Source: a virus (lineage: Duplodnaviria > Heunggongvirae > Uroviricota > Caudoviricetes). Taken from it: a stretch of DNA of 64,000 nucleotides. Position 1 is the stretch's first letter; every line of letters begins with the position of its first letter. The notes below the pieces were generated by a model. That model was not told where the DNA came from, ran no database searches, and saw nothing but the letters and a program-made list of their open reading frames with translations. The position numbers and the translations under genes were made by a program. Shown here one piece after another: positions 28,080 through 37,486 of the stretch. The stretch lies in the IMG/VR virus record IMGVR_UViG_2524614843_000001, positions 39,279-103,278 of that record. One strand, written 5' to 3'.

Positions 28080-28357
28080 GATGTGCAGTAGCCGTCGTAC
28101 TCACTGGCGTAACCCTTGCCGCAGCGACAAATCAAGCTGCCTGTGCGTGTGCTGCGCACAATTCGACGCCGATCTGCAGGCGGCACAATTCGATCGCCAG
28201 TTCGATCTGAGTACCGCTTGGCCTGCATTTCGTCCTCGAACAGTATTGAGCTCGCCATCCGGCCAGGCTTATCCGAGACGCACTTCCACTTGTAGGGATG
28301 CGGCACCCATAAGTCATTCAGCGATGACTGATTTTGCTGTTGATGCCAAGTGCTCAT
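28058..28357 (-). CDS. Hypothetical protein with C-terminal Cys4 zinc-ribbon
   Basis: CRCG...CTSC. Confidence 0.45.
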   Translation of the reverse strand: MSTWHQQQNQSSLNDLWVPHPYKWKCVSDKPGRMASSILFEDEMQAKRYSDRTGDRIVPPADRRRIVRSTRTGSLICRCGKGYASEYDGYCTSCREKRK

Positions 28358-28743
28358 TCATGCACCCCCACTACCACCTCAGTCGCGGGCTGGCCGGTCA
28401 CTTCATAACCGTGCAGATTGCCCAGCTCGTACAGCTGATCGTCACTGCCCTCTCCCCAAATGTGAGAGCGGCCGCCGTCGCTCATGTAGACCGTCACTGG
28501 CTTGATCGGGTTGAGCATGAAGAACCAGCACGTCCAGCCTGATTCGTCACGCTGGCGCATGATCTGCCGGCCAACGTCCGAGCGCGTGAACTTGTAATCA
28601 CTGTGCCGGAAGCCTTGATAGTGAGCTCGGGTCACGCCAACGTCGGCTTCCTCGATCTCGAAAACCTGCTCGGTGCCTGGTCGCCCGTCATAGTGGGGAA
28701 CCAAGCTGCCGAGCCGAACCTTCTTCTCTCTCAGCAGCTTCAT
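28354..28743 (-). CDS. Hypothetical protein
   Basis: Start at MKLLREKK adjacent to upstream stop. Confidence 0.45.
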   Translation of the reverse strand: MKLLREKKVRLGSLVPHYDGRPGTEQVFEIEEADVGVTRAHYQGFRHSDYKFTRSDVGRQIMRQRDESGWTCWFFMLNPIKPVTVYMSDGGRSHIWGEGSDDQLYELGNLHGYEVTGQPATEVVVGVHE

Positions 28744-28745
28744 GG

Positions 28746-29171
28746 TCAGTCCTCGATCTGGCGCGATTCGGATTCTTCGGACGTGTGCGGCGAAATGTGG
28801 CGTGCGCCGCAGCTCGGGCAATCGTCATCCACCTGGCAGCTCCATTCGTCCTGCCATTTGTGGCCGCAGCTCGGGCAATGGTAGTGGTTGATGAACCACG
28901 ATTCGTCGCTGTCGTTGTGCCAGAGCACGTCCGGCGTCTCGGCGGTGTGCGGCACTTCGGTCATGACGTATTGCATCCGGTTTACCCAATGCAGACCAGG
29001 CGTGATGATCATGTTGCCGTCGTTGTCGAGCAGCGTCCAAAGCCGGTTCTCGCGCAGCGCAGCCTCATAGTCGTCAGAGGCAGGGTGAATCTCGCGGAGC
29101 GTGCCGTCGTCACGCAGCGCCGGCCGGAAGTTGGCCAAAAATTCATCATCGGTCATCATCTTTACGGTCAT
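28746..29171 (-). CDS. Hypothetical zinc-ribbon protein (CPSCG...CPSCG)
   Basis: ORF with paired CxxC. Confidence 0.5.
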   Translation of the reverse strand: MTVKMMTDDEFLANFRPALRDDGTLREIHPASDDYEAALRENRLWTLLDNDGNMIITPGLHWVNRMQYVMTEVPHTAETPDVLWHNDSDESWFINHYHCPSCGHKWQDEWSCQVDDDCPSCGARHISPHTSEESESRQIED

Positions 29172-29174
29172 GGC

Positions 29175-29627
29175 TCAATCCTCTGTGTGGTCCATAACAG
29201 TCAAAACAGGCTCGAGGTTATCGCCCGGGCCACACACCATTTTCAGCACGGTGCCGGCCAGCTTTTGCTGCTCGACCCATTCCCAGGTGCGGCCGACATG
29301 CACCTTATAATCGCCGTTCTCTTCGCGCTCGAGACGGTAATACAGCGTGGTCTCATCACCGGTTGCAGTCTTTTTCGATTCGACGATGCCGTTGCGCAAG
29401 GCGATGGCCAAGCAAATCATGTTGCGGTTCTTCTCGCTCTCGCTCAGTTGCGGGTCGTATGCGGCAAAGCCAGGCTTCACGCCGTCGATAAACTCGCTCC
29501 AAACGGATGGCGTTACAGCCAAAGGCATGTTGAAGCCGATGTAGCCAGCAATGTGAGAGAGATCTAACAAAACACCATCTTCGATCGCCTGCTTGCGGCT
29601 GTATCCATAAACTTCTTCATCGAACAT
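29175..29627 (-). CDS. Hypothetical protein (150 aa)
   Basis: ORF. Confidence 0.5.
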   Translation of the reverse strand: MFDEEVYGYSRKQAIEDGVLLDLSHIAGYIGFNMPLAVTPSVWSEFIDGVKPGFAAYDPQLSESEKNRNMICLAIALRNGIVESKKTATGDETTLYYRLEREENGDYKVHVGRTWEWVEQQKLAGTVLKMVCGPGDNLEPVLTVMDHTED

Positions 29628-29691
29628 TGCGGTTCCTCCTGTTGTGTTCGTGAGTTGATTTTGCGTGCTCGCCTACGGGGAAATCTGGCGC

Positions 29692-29955
29692 TCAGTGAAC
29701 GACCGCATAAGCTTTCCGGACGGCCATGATTTGCCCTTTGCAGGCGGATACGATCAGGTCATCACCAATCAAGACGCTCATGCCTTCGTATTCGTTGGCG
29801 ATCTCTCGCGCATAGTCTTGGTCGGCAGCCTCAAGGGTCTTGTCCGGCGAGGATTCCATCAGATCAACGATCTTGAGCCGGAACATGACTTCGCGGCTCT
29901 TAGCCGGGTCATGTGGCAGGACGTAGGTTCCATATTTCAGGGTGTCGAATTTCAT
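29692..29955 (-). CDS. Hypothetical protein (87 aa)
   Basis: ORF. Confidence 0.45.
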   Translation of the reverse strand: MKFDTLKYGTYVLPHDPAKSREVMFRLKIVDLMESSPDKTLEAADQDYAREIANEYEGMSVLIGDDLIVSACKGQIMAVRKAYAVVH

Positions 29956-30001
29956 GGTTTATTCCTTGTTCTTTTCGATGATTCAGTGTCCATCGAGCCA
30001 T

Positions 30002-30035
30002 AAGGGCGTGCATTCATTGTGAGAAGCACGCCCTT
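30002..30035. other. Strong hairpin AAGGGCGTGC-N14-GCACGCCCTT (no U-tract) followed by class-B motif at 30054-30070
   Basis: 10-bp perfect stem. Confidence 0.5.
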
Positions 30036-30092
30036 ATCTGGCTTTCTTGCTGTCTTTCTATCTATCTATCGCTCTTTCTAGTAAGCGATCTA

Positions 30093-30467
30093 TCAAGGGG
30101 TGGATTTCACCGTTACAACTGCCGCGAAGGTCACTCTCTGCTCGCAGCTATCCTCCGGAAGCACAGCGGGCAGGCCGTTGAGGTCATAGCCTTTGTGGTA
30201 GTGGTCGTTGAGATCGATGCCGGTGATCATCTGATACAGGTCTCGCACATCGTCCTCGGTGCCGTCGAAGAAGGCCTGCGCAATACCCTCTTCATCCACG
30301 CCGTACAGCGTCCAGAAGGTTGAGAGGTATCCATCCAGCAGATGCGGGTCGGCGAGCACCGTTTTGTCGTCGGCATAGAGCGCCAGCGGCTCGACAAAAG
30401 GCTCTTGGTTTTCATCGAGCAGCTCAACGCAACGGCGAATGTCATAACTGGTGAAGCGCTTAGTCAT
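30093..30467 (-). CDS. Hypothetical acidic protein (124 aa)
   Basis: Start at MTKRFTSY. Confidence 0.5.
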   Translation of the reverse strand: MTKRFTSYDIRRCVELLDENQEPFVEPLALYADDKTVLADPHLLDGYLSTFWTLYGVDEEGIAQAFFDGTEDDVRDLYQMITGIDLNDHYHKGYDLNGLPAVLPEDSCEQRVTFAAVVTVKSTP

Positions 30468-30603
30468 GATCGTTCGTCTCCGCGGGCAACCAGGCATTTG
30501 GGTTAGTGACGGTTTGCCACCAGCTGACCCACGCATAAAGTGCTAGCTGGCCATAAAGCGGGACACCCCAAGCAGAATGAGGAAATAGGAACATAGCTAT
30601 CTA

Positions 30604-30620
30604 CCTTTCTATCTATCTAT
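30604..30620. repeat. Class-B motif copy CTTTCTATCTATCTATC
   Basis: GATA-repeat family. Confidence 0.6.
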
Positions 30621-30631
30621 CAATCTGGTTA

Positions 30632-31129
30632 TCAATCGATGGTGTAGCTGGTACTAGAATCGCCAAAGCTGTACTCAACACCGCCAGCAGATCGCGTAGG
30701 CTCGTCATGCGCGCTGCTAGAACTCCAGGCGCTTGAGGCAACGGTAGGGCTGGGAGAGAGCCCGCTTAATACGTGCCGGTCTGTGGTTTCACGCTCTGAC
30801 GAGCGATCAAGGGCATCGGTCTTGTCGAGCAGATCAATTGCCGCTGCGATGGCTGTGAAAGTCACTGCCGGTTCGTCGGTATCCGGCTTGGTCTGGGCAA
30901 ACCCAAATGAGGTTGATCGACTCGAAACTGTCGGCCGCGGAGTAGGCCGATCAAGGATTTCCAGTAACGCTTTATGCTCGGCATCCGAATCGACCAGTGC
31001 TCGGGTTGTGGCTACAGCCGGTTGGCTAGGTCGAGGTGTGGTCGCACGCTTGGGCGGCTGGGTGGCGATCGGCAAATCTGCTTTACGACGGAACAGCCGC
31101 TTGAAGAACGCTTTGATTGACAGTCTCAT
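30632..31129 (-). CDS. Hypothetical low-complexity (P/T/S-rich) protein
   Basis: ATGA overlap with upstream gene. Confidence 0.4.
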   Translation of the reverse strand: MRLSIKAFFKRLFRRKADLPIATQPPKRATTPRPSQPAVATTRALVDSDAEHKALLEILDRPTPRPTVSSRSTSFGFAQTKPDTDEPAVTFTAIAAAIDLLDKTDALDRSSERETTDRHVLSGLSPSPTVASSAWSSSSAHDEPTRSAGGVEYSFGDSSTSYTID

Positions 31130-31437
31130 GCCGCCACCCCGCTCACTGAGTCAGGCACCCGCATCCAGCATTGAATCCAGACCGCATCATGGGCTTCACT
31201 CACAACGGCATCGTCATCGACGGCGATATGATCTTCTGCCATCAAACGACCGATTTTGATTTCCTTCTCGGTAGCCTGGCGCCGGCCAACTTGGGCGTTG
31301 TGTATCTTCACGATATGAATTGCATCGTCGAGGTCCATCGGGCCAGCAACAAGACAACCTTCTTCATCCAGCACAACGCCACGCTTGAAGGGCTCGCCGG
31401 TTTTGATTTCGTCATAAGACCAACGTGATTCGTTCAT
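31126..31437 (-). CDS. Hypothetical protein (103 aa)
   Basis: ORF. Confidence 0.5.
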   Translation of the reverse strand: MNESRWSYDEIKTGEPFKRGVVLDEEGCLVAGPMDLDDAIHIVKIHNAQVGRRQATEKEIKIGRLMAEDHIAVDDDAVVSEAHDAVWIQCWMRVPDSVSGVAA

Positions 31438-31488
31438 AACTCACCTATTACTAACTTTGGTTAATGGGAAATAGGGCGATATTGGCTG

Positions 31489-31566
31489 TCTATCTATCTA
31501 TCGCTCTATCTGTGATTGATATTCTCTAGCTGCTTTTCTGGCTATCGATGGGAGATAGATAGAAAG
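31489..31566. repeat. Two class-B motif arms in inverted orientation (TCTATCTATCTATC ... GAGATAGATAGAAAG) flanking a 50-bp spacer
   Basis: Palindromic arrangement. Confidence 0.6.
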
Positions 31567-31585
31567 CCATGCCTATCACCAAGCC

Positions 31586-31613
31586 AAAAAGAGAGGCTGG
31601 GGAACAGCCTCTT
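31586..31613 (-). terminator. Rho-independent terminator (AGAGGCTG-gggaa-CAGCCTCT + CTTTTTGG on minus) after membrane protein gene
   Basis: Hairpin plus T-run. Confidence 0.65.
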
Positions 31614-31644
31614 AAATCACCACAAGGAAAAATGGTTTGGGCGC

Positions 31645-31953
31645 TTAATTGCGCAGAGAAAGATGGCCAAATAGGCCGAGCACCGGCAAGAACACAGTGA
31701 CGGTGACTATGCCGAGTAAGGCACGATATATGCCGTAGCCAAGCAAAGCTGCGCCACCCAAGATTTCACGATGCTGGATAGCGAGCGCAAAGCTCAACAG
31801 GCCTGCGGCCACATTCAAAATGACCAGGCGATACAAAGACTCTGGCAAATAGACCAGGTTGAGAAAAATGCCGATGTGCAAACTGCGCGGCCAATTTGTC
31901 CGATTGCGCTCCCGATAGGACAGGAATCGGATACGAGACACAAATGGGGTCAT
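31645..31953 (-). CDS. Small membrane protein (2-3 TM helices)
   Basis: Hydrophobic stretches; ATGA coupling to dnaQ-like gene. Confidence 0.5.
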   Translation of the reverse strand: MTPFVSRIRFLSYRERNRTNWPRSLHIGIFLNLVYLPESLYRLVILNVAAGLLSFALAIQHREILGGAALLGYGIYRALLGIVTVTVFLPVLGLFGHLSLRN

Positions 31954-32507
31954 ACCTTCTTCTCCAAACGAAATGCACCAAGATCAATGCCCTTAAAGAA
32001 AGCCTGCATCATCACTTCCACGTCATAGAGCGCGGAGTGGGCCTTGCTCGGGTCATAATCCACGTTCAGGGCATAGCAGAGCTCGCCCAAGTTCGGGTTC
32101 TTGCCGGTGGGTGTCGCCCAGCGACCGTTTTCCATCGTGCAGAACACCTCAATGTCCGGCTTGATCGATTGCCCCACACGCAGCAACTCATGCGCGAGGA
32201 AGGGCGCATCGAAGTTGGCGTTGTGGATGATTAGCCAGTCGCAGGCGTTGACGATCTTCCCGATCTTTGGCGCCACATCCTCCCAAACCGGCTTGTCGCG
32301 CAGGTCATCCAGGCTGATGCCATGAACGCGCTGAGCGTCGGCATCAATGTTGCGCATCGGGTTGATGCGCTGGACGAAGTGACCGCGCGCCTTGCGAGTG
32401 TTCGCCACAGGGTCAACGTCATAGAGTAGGGCGGCCACTTCAATGATGCGGTGGCCTTTTTCGTAATCGAGACCGGTGGTTTCGGTATCCAGTCCAGCGA
32501 TGATCAT
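31950..32507 (-). CDS. dnaQ: DnaQ-like 3'-5' exonuclease (DEDDh, Pol III epsilon-like)
   Basis: Exo I GLDTETTG, Exo II HNANFDAPFL, Exo III HSALYDVEV. Confidence 0.8.
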   Translation of the reverse strand: MIIAGLDTETTGLDYEKGHRIIEVAALLYDVDPVANTRKARGHFVQRINPMRNIDADAQRVHGISLDDLRDKPVWEDVAPKIGKIVNACDWLIIHNANFDAPFLAHELLRVGQSIKPDIEVFCTMENGRWATPTGKNPNLGELCYALNVDYDPSKAHSALYDVEVMMQAFFKGIDLGAFRLEKKV

Positions 32508-32509
32508 GG

Positions 32510-32986
32510 TCAGATCTCCTTGTAACCAGACTCTTTCAGCCGATTGCAGACGCTATCGAATTTGGTTTTGGCGGCTGCGGCCGGCGCCGAGTCACTCGAG
32601 GTATCCAGCTGCTTGACGTTTGCCCATTCACCTTCTTTCAGGCCGGTGCAAACCGATACGACGGGCTCGCCGTAATTCCAGCGCACACAGACCAGCGAGT
32701 TGTCAGGCTTGGAGAAGAAGCGCACGATTTTCTCGGGCGGGCGCTTGGAGCCGGACTGATCTTGAACCGCCTTAGTCAGCTCATCGATCTTGTCGGCAAC
32801 CGACATAGGAACGATGCCGCAGATTACGCGAAAGAGCGCCTGTAATGCGGCATAGGTTTGGGCGTCACCGCGATGAGCGCTGTCATACAGCGTGGCGATT
32901 TCGATTAAGGCCTGCTCGGTCTTTTCAAGCAGCTGCTCATAAACCTCATTTACTTCCGGATTTGCGGCTTCTGATTGGGTACTCAT
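32510..32986 (-). CDS. Hypothetical protein (158 aa)
   Basis: ORF. Confidence 0.5.
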   Translation of the reverse strand: MSTQSEAANPEVNEVYEQLLEKTEQALIEIATLYDSAHRGDAQTYAALQALFRVICGIVPMSVADKIDELTKAVQDQSGSKRPPEKIVRFFSKPDNSLVCVRWNYGEPVVSVCTGLKEGEWANVKQLDTSSDSAPAAAAKTKFDSVCNRLKESGYKEI

Positions 32987-33022
32987 TGTTCGGCATCCTG
33001 TTTGTGTTGCGACAGAAAGAGC

Positions 33023-33670
33023 TTAATGAAGCTGCAGCGGGGTGCTGTCGGCGCTGTTGAGCATTGCCTGCTCATCCAGCCGGTAGATGAGGCTGCGAAC
33101 CAGCTGCACGCGCTCATTCAAATCAACCACGTCGGCAGGAATAACGACGCAACGCGGGCCATAGGAATGGGAGTGCCGCAAGGACGCCATCAAACCGTGC
33201 AGGATGAGGGTCATGTGATTCATGAACAGCGGGTTGTAGGCCGCAGAGCCTTCGGCTTCCGAATATGGAATGCCCGGCTGCACCAAAAAGCCCAGCGTGA
33301 AGTAGCGTCTGAAAACTTCCACGCACTCACTCAGGTACGCTTGTGTTTTGCTCTGCAGCTCATGGGATTGCGCTGTCTCGCGCTGAATATCTGCAATTGT
33401 GTATGCGTACAAATCCAAAGGGGTGCGATCTACCAGACAATCTGAGCGGCTCGATACCGGCAGGCTGTCATACAGTTGAATCAGATAGGCCAAGATGTGC
33501 TGCTGAACCAGTAGGCGCTGGTCAAACGTCAGCTCTTCCTTTGGAGAAACGCCGAGGTCTTTGAATACTGACGAAACATCGGTCTTGATGAATTTGAAGC
33601 CATGCCGCTCCGCAAGGGTGCTGGCCAGAGTCGTTTTGCCTACGCGCTGTGCGCCGCAAAAGCCAATCAT
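33023..33670 (-). CDS. P-loop nucleotide/deoxynucleotide kinase-like protein
   Basis: Start at MIGFCGAQRVGKTT (Walker A) with CAGGAGAG RBS; DRTPLDLYAY motif reminiscent of dNK/dNMP kinases. Confidence 0.55.
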   Translation of the reverse strand: MIGFCGAQRVGKTTLASTLAERHGFKFIKTDVSSVFKDLGVSPKEELTFDQRLLVQQHILAYLIQLYDSLPVSSRSDCLVDRTPLDLYAYTIADIQRETAQSHELQSKTQAYLSECVEVFRRYFTLGFLVQPGIPYSEAEGSAAYNPLFMNHMTLILHGLMASLRHSHSYGPRCVVIPADVVDLNERVQLVRSLIYRLDEQAMLNSADSTPLQLH

Positions 33671-33753
33671 GTTGCTCTCCTGTTTGTGAGTCTTTCGATG
33701 ATGTGAGAGGAACAAAGGGGCGACGAGCGCCCCTTCTTCATTGACGCGGGGCG

Positions 33754-34545
33754 TTACTTGGCCGGTACGTTGACCATGCCTTTAAAATCAGCCGGCAGGA
33801 TGATCACGGACGAGCCATCCTTGCGCTCGGCGAACTTATTCAGTGCCTTCACGTATTCCATCTGCAGCAGGTTCGGGGTCAGGGACTTCGCCAGCTGCTC
33901 GTTGGCCAGCGCTTGCTCGCGGGCAATATCGACGCGCTTCTGAGCCAGTTCGAGGTCTTTCTGCGCAGCTACAGCTTTGCGGTTCGCGTCCTCGATGGAT
34001 TGGTCAGTCAGCATGGTGCTGATGACGATTTCCTTGATCTGGAAGGTGTCGGGGTCGCGGGCATTCAGCTCAGCCTGCAGCTTCTCCTGAATGGCTTTGC
34101 GGATTTCGTCACGCTTTTGATGTGCGGTCAGCGAGTCGAAGCGCGAAACCACATCCATCGCAGCGGTGCTGGCCAGTCGAGCAACCAGTTTTGAGCCAGG
34201 GATGCACTCGCCATCCACGCAGTCATATTGGTTGCGGTACTTCACCTTGAGCTCGGCAATCGTCTCCGGCTTCACCGAGTAGATCACGGCAATGTCGAAG
34301 TCCTTGAAGGCCAGCTTGTCGCTACCCTGCACCTTGAGGTCAGGCAGTTCGAGGGTCACGTCCTTCGCCGTGAACTTCTCCACGTCATTGAACGGCTCGA
34401 AGTACATGCCGACCGGCATTTCAGCCATGACGACGTTACCGTTGAAGGAGTTGGTTTTTACACCGACCTCACCGGTCGAGATCTTGCCGCAGGCCGTTAA
34501 GGCAACTGCGAAGCAGATGGTGAGCAAGCTGGTGATGATGCGTTT
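33754..34545 (-). CDS. SPFH/Band-7 (prohibitin/flotillin-like) lipoprotein
   Basis: Lipobox LTACG, SPFH core followed by A/Q/E-rich coiled coil. Confidence 0.65.
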   Translation of the reverse strand, partial: KRIITSLLTICFAVALTACGKISTGEVGVKTNSFNGNVVMAEMPVGMYFEPFNDVEKFTAKDVTLELPDLKVQGSDKLAFKDFDIAVIYSVKPETIAELKVKYRNQYDCVDGECIPGSKLVARLASTAAMDVVSRFDSLTAHQKRDEIRKAIQEKLQAELNARDPDTFQIKEIVISTMLTDQSIEDANRKAVAAQKDLELAQKRVDIAREQALANEQLAKSLTPNLLQMEYVKALNKFAERKDGSSVIILPADFKGMVNVPAK

Positions 34546-34550
34546 CATAC

Positions 34551-34751
34551 TTAAAGTACCCATGTGAAGGTTTTGAACAAATCGATAGCGACAATGAGCG
34601 CTATCACTACAGCGGCAGTCGCCAGTAGAGCCAGAGCTAGGTTTTTCAGGACACTCAGGCTCTTATTGGCCACGCCTTTGCGCTTAAAGCTGCTGGCGAC
34701 AATCCAGCCCAGGCTCAAAAGCACAATGAGAACGAGGAAGCCTCTAATCAT
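34551..34751 (-). CDS. Small 2-TM membrane protein immediately upstream of SPFH gene (NfeD-like partner?)
   Basis: 66 aa, two hydrophobic helices; ATG lies inside class-A motif. Confidence 0.45.
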   Translation of the reverse strand: MIRGFLVLIVLLSLGWIVASSFKRKGVANKSLSVLKNLALALLATAAVVIALIVAIDLFKTFTWVL

Positions 34752-34760
34752 GTCATCACT
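34742..34760 (-). promoter_or_regulatory. Class-A motif copy (GTCAtcacTGACTTACTTA); contains stop of upstream gene and start ATG of downstream gene
   Basis: Minus reads gcaTAAGTAAGTCAgtgaTGACATGatt. Confidence 0.55.
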
Positions 34761-34767
34761 GACTTAC

Positions 34768-35049
34768 TTATGCGGCGATGCTTTCAGACTTCTTTTTCGG
34801 GCCGCGCGGCGCACCAAAAGTCACTTTCAGCGCTTCCTGCAGCTCGTCGCCAATGGCAGCGAGACGAGTGGCCAACACTTCCGGAGTGATTGCGCCTGTG
34901 TCAGAGTCGGCAAACACCTTTTCAGCCAGTAGGCCTTGCAGGTTTTCAGTGCGCTTCACCTTCTTGCTGTGCTTCACAGCTTCGGCATGTGATGGGTGGT
35001 GTGAGCCATCGATGGCTTTGAACATTTGAACTTTAGCGATACCGGTCAT
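34768..35049 (-). CDS. Hypothetical protein (93 aa)
   Basis: TGGAGT RBS. Confidence 0.5.
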   Translation of the reverse strand: MTGIAKVQMFKAIDGSHHPSHAEAVKHSKKVKRTENLQGLLAEKVFADSDTGAITPEVLATRLAAIGDELQEALKVTFGAPRGPKKKSESIAA

Positions 35050-35100
35050 GGTTTACTCCATAGGTTGATAAAGCCGGCCGAAGCCGGCGACAGGTTGAAA

Positions 35101-35751
35101 TCAAGCAGGCTGAGCCAGCTTGGAAAAGAAATCTGTTACTTCTGCAGGTTTGATGGCGGGCAGGTTGGATACTGCAACCACTTCTTTTGGCACGTACTTG
35201 AGAACGTCCGGCCAGAGTTCCGCGGCACGCTCGACCGTTGGCATGGCCAGTACGGAATGCAACATTTCATGTGTTTCCGCCCATAGCGTGATCAAGCCTT
35301 CCTCGCGGGCGTACAGATCGCCATAGAGCGCCAGCTCTTCGTCGCTGATTGGGTTGTCGCTGATTGCAACGCTGTGGTGCGGGATGTAGGCAGTGCTGCA
35401 CTCGCAGCGAATCAGGCTGGTACCGGCTTCAACGTGCTCGGCGTTGCGTTTGCCGCTGAATGTGTCGTAGGACGACCAGTTCTTCGGAGTGACGAAGGTT
35501 AGGCCGCAGAGGTTGGTCAGCGATTGGCCGTCGTACCCCTTGCAAAAGCCGGTGCGGTAGCAAGTCTGGAAATACTTGGCGTGACCGTTCTTGTAGAGCG
35601 ACAGAATCTCAGCCGGCAGGTGAGATTCGTGAATTTTGAGGTTCAAGGCCAATCGTTCTTCGATCAACGCATTCAGTTTCGGTAACAGCAATTGCACCAA
35701 AACATTCTTGCGAGTTTCAGCAGCGACGCCTTTAGTGAGTTTGCGAGCCAT
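35101..35751 (-). CDS. Hypothetical protein (216 aa)
   Basis: ORF. Confidence 0.5.
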   Translation of the reverse strand: MARKLTKGVAAETRKNVLVQLLLPKLNALIEERLALNLKIHESHLPAEILSLYKNGHAKYFQTCYRTGFCKGYDGQSLTNLCGLTFVTPKNWSSYDTFSGKRNAEHVEAGTSLIRCECSTAYIPHHSVAISDNPISDEELALYGDLYAREEGLITLWAETHEMLHSVLAMPTVERAAELWPDVLKYVPKEVVAVSNLPAIKPAEVTDFFSKLAQPA

Positions 35752-35813
35752 CTTTTCAGTTCCTTGTTTGAGTTAGTCAGTAATTAGATGATGCGTTTTA
35801 TTGTCCGGCGTAT

Positions 35814-35832
35814 GTCATCTATGACTTACTTA
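35814..35832 (-). promoter_or_regulatory. Class-A motif copy (GTCAtctaTGACTTACTTA)
   Basis: Motif match; preceded by 12-bp-stem hairpin 35839-35876 and another copy at 35882-35899. Confidence 0.55.
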
Positions 35833-35881
35833 TTGACGGGCTACCATGCAGCCAGCCATAACTTGATCGGCTGCATGGTAA

Positions 35882-35899
35882 TTCAGTTATGACTTACTA
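35882..35899 (-). promoter_or_regulatory. Class-A motif copy (tTCAgttaTGACTTACTA) abutting thyX stop
   Basis: Motif match. Confidence 0.45.
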
Positions 35900-36823
35900 T
35901 CAAGAGGCAAATAAAAGCGCATCGATAATTTCTTTGCGCTCGCGTTTGCCCAAGCCATTGTCGGCCAATCGAGCCTCGAGCATTTCGTAAAGGTCGTTCT
36001 CGGCCAAAATTTCGTGCAGGGTATTCCGCGCGGTACGCGACAGCTGAATCGAGTGCAGGCGGTATTCCTCGAAGGCCGCATAGGTCTCCGGTACCCACAG
36101 CTTCACGAAGTCGGCAATGGCGTTCGCATAGACGCGCACCTCGTATTGAGCGTGCGAGTGCATCCGGAGGCGCAGGAAGTGCAGCAGGTTGTGCAGATCG
36201 CACTTCCAGTACCATTCCGTGTAAATGTTGATTGGCAGAACGGTACGAGCCAATTCACGCGCCACGCCGTCGGCAAGCGTTTTCTCATAAGCCTGGTAGG
36301 CCTCGTCGCTCAGGTGCGCCGCAACTTGCAGGAACTCGTGCGCCTTTTCCAGCGGCAGGCTGTCACCGCGACCCTGCTTGTTGTCGGTGGACTGCAGGCA
36401 GATCTGCTCCGGCTCGGGCAGGTAGAACTCGTCACGCAGGACGGAGTAGCGGGCGCTGTATTCATTCAGGCTGGCAGTGCGATGCCGGATGACCTGGCGT
36501 GCAACGAAGATCGGCAGCTTCATGTGCAGCTTGATTTCGCAGCCCTCGAAAGGCGAGGTGTGGGCATGGCGCATCAGGTAGCGCAGCAAGTTCCGGTCGT
36601 CATTCACAGCTTTCGTGCCTTCACCGTAACTGGTCCGCGCCATCTGGACGACAGAGGCATCGTTACCCATGTAGTCGATCACGCGCACGAAGCCTTTATC
36701 GAGGCACCGCGTCGGCGTCAGCAGTACGTCCTCCAGCGCCGGCACGGTCGGGCGAAGCGTCGGTGATGTGGGGGCTTGGCGAGCTGCAAGGATTTGAGCA
36801 GTCTGTTCGGGAGTCATAAACAT
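35900..36823 (-). CDS. thyX: FAD-dependent thymidylate synthase ThyX
   Basis: ThyX signature RHRTASLNEYS (RHRxxxxxxxS). Confidence 0.85.
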   Translation of the reverse strand: MFMTPEQTAQILAARQAPTSPTLRPTVPALEDVLLTPTRCLDKGFVRVIDYMGNDASVVQMARTSYGEGTKAVNDDRNLLRYLMRHAHTSPFEGCEIKLHMKLPIFVARQVIRHRTASLNEYSARYSVLRDEFYLPEPEQICLQSTDNKQGRGDSLPLEKAHEFLQVAAHLSDEAYQAYEKTLADGVARELARTVLPINIYTEWYWKCDLHNLLHFLRLRMHSHAQYEVRVYANAIADFVKLWVPETYAAFEEYRLHSIQLSRTARNTLHEILAENDLYEMLEARLADNGLGKRERKEIIDALLFAS

Positions 36824-36903
36824 GATGAGGTTCTCGATGGTTGAATAAAAAGGGCGACCTAAGCCGCCCCGTATGAAAGTGCAGAAAGCACTTTGGCCAG
36901 AAA

Positions 36904-37176
36904 TTAAGCAGGCAGCTTCTTGATCGAAGGCACTGGCTTAAATTTGAAGGCGCGGTGAGCTGGAATGTTCACATTTTCACCATTCGCAGGATTGCGCTTC
37001 ACAGCTGCCGCCTTATCAACCGCTTGGAAAGTACCGAAGTCAGCGATAGTCACTTTATCGCCGGCTTTGACCTGGGCAGCGATGGTATCGAACAGGTCTT
37101 TGACGATCTGTTCTGCTAAGGCTTTGGTGATGTTATGGTCAGCTGCGATCTTTGCAGCCAGCTCTTTACGAGTCAT
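36904..37176 (-). CDS. HU/IHF-family DNA-binding protein
   Basis: 90 aa; GDKVTIADFGTF...RNP.NGE....P motif typical of HU. Confidence 0.8.
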   Translation of the reverse strand: MTRKELAAKIAADHNITKALAEQIVKDLFDTIAAQVKAGDKVTIADFGTFQAVDKAAAVKRNPANGENVNIPAHRAFKFKPVPSIKKLPA

Positions 37177-37385
37177 ACGACAAGCTCCTTTTTAGAGGTT
37201 GAATTGTGAGACGTTGGTGCTTTTGCGCCGGTCTCGGAATTGATTTCTGCAAGCACTTCGCCTGCCAGTACATGCCCAATCATCGCTACCATATCTGCTG
37301 CCCCAAGATAGCCAGCAGCACGAAGCTCTGCTGAGAATTTTGAGGCGATGCGCATGGATAACTCTTCTGCCGATAAGATGCTCAT
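37173..37385 (-). CDS. Hypothetical protein (70 aa)
   Basis: AAGGAG RBS; ATGA overlap with HU gene. Confidence 0.5.
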   Translation of the reverse strand: MSILSAEELSMRIASKFSAELRAAGYLGAADMVAMIGHVLAGEVLAEINSETGAKAPTSHNSTSKKELVV

Positions 37386-37440
37386 ATCTGCTCCTTGATT
37401 GATAACACTGACAGGATAAAGCGCATTCAGTGGGCATTAT

Positions 37441-37459
37441 GTCAGCCGTGACTTAATAA
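37441..37459 (-). promoter_or_regulatory. Class-A motif copy (GTCAgccgTGACTTAATAA)
   Basis: About 45 nt upstream of RBS of 37173..37385. Confidence 0.5.
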
Positions 37460-37486
37460 CACAATGCCCACAAAATTGCCCAATGA

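Noticed and set aside
26214-31566. Possible CRISPR array suggested by recurring GATA-repeat units
   Set aside because: The units are 13-21 bp, irregularly spaced over kilobases, in both orientations and separated by genes. There are no uniform 28-37-bp repeats with similar-sized spacers.
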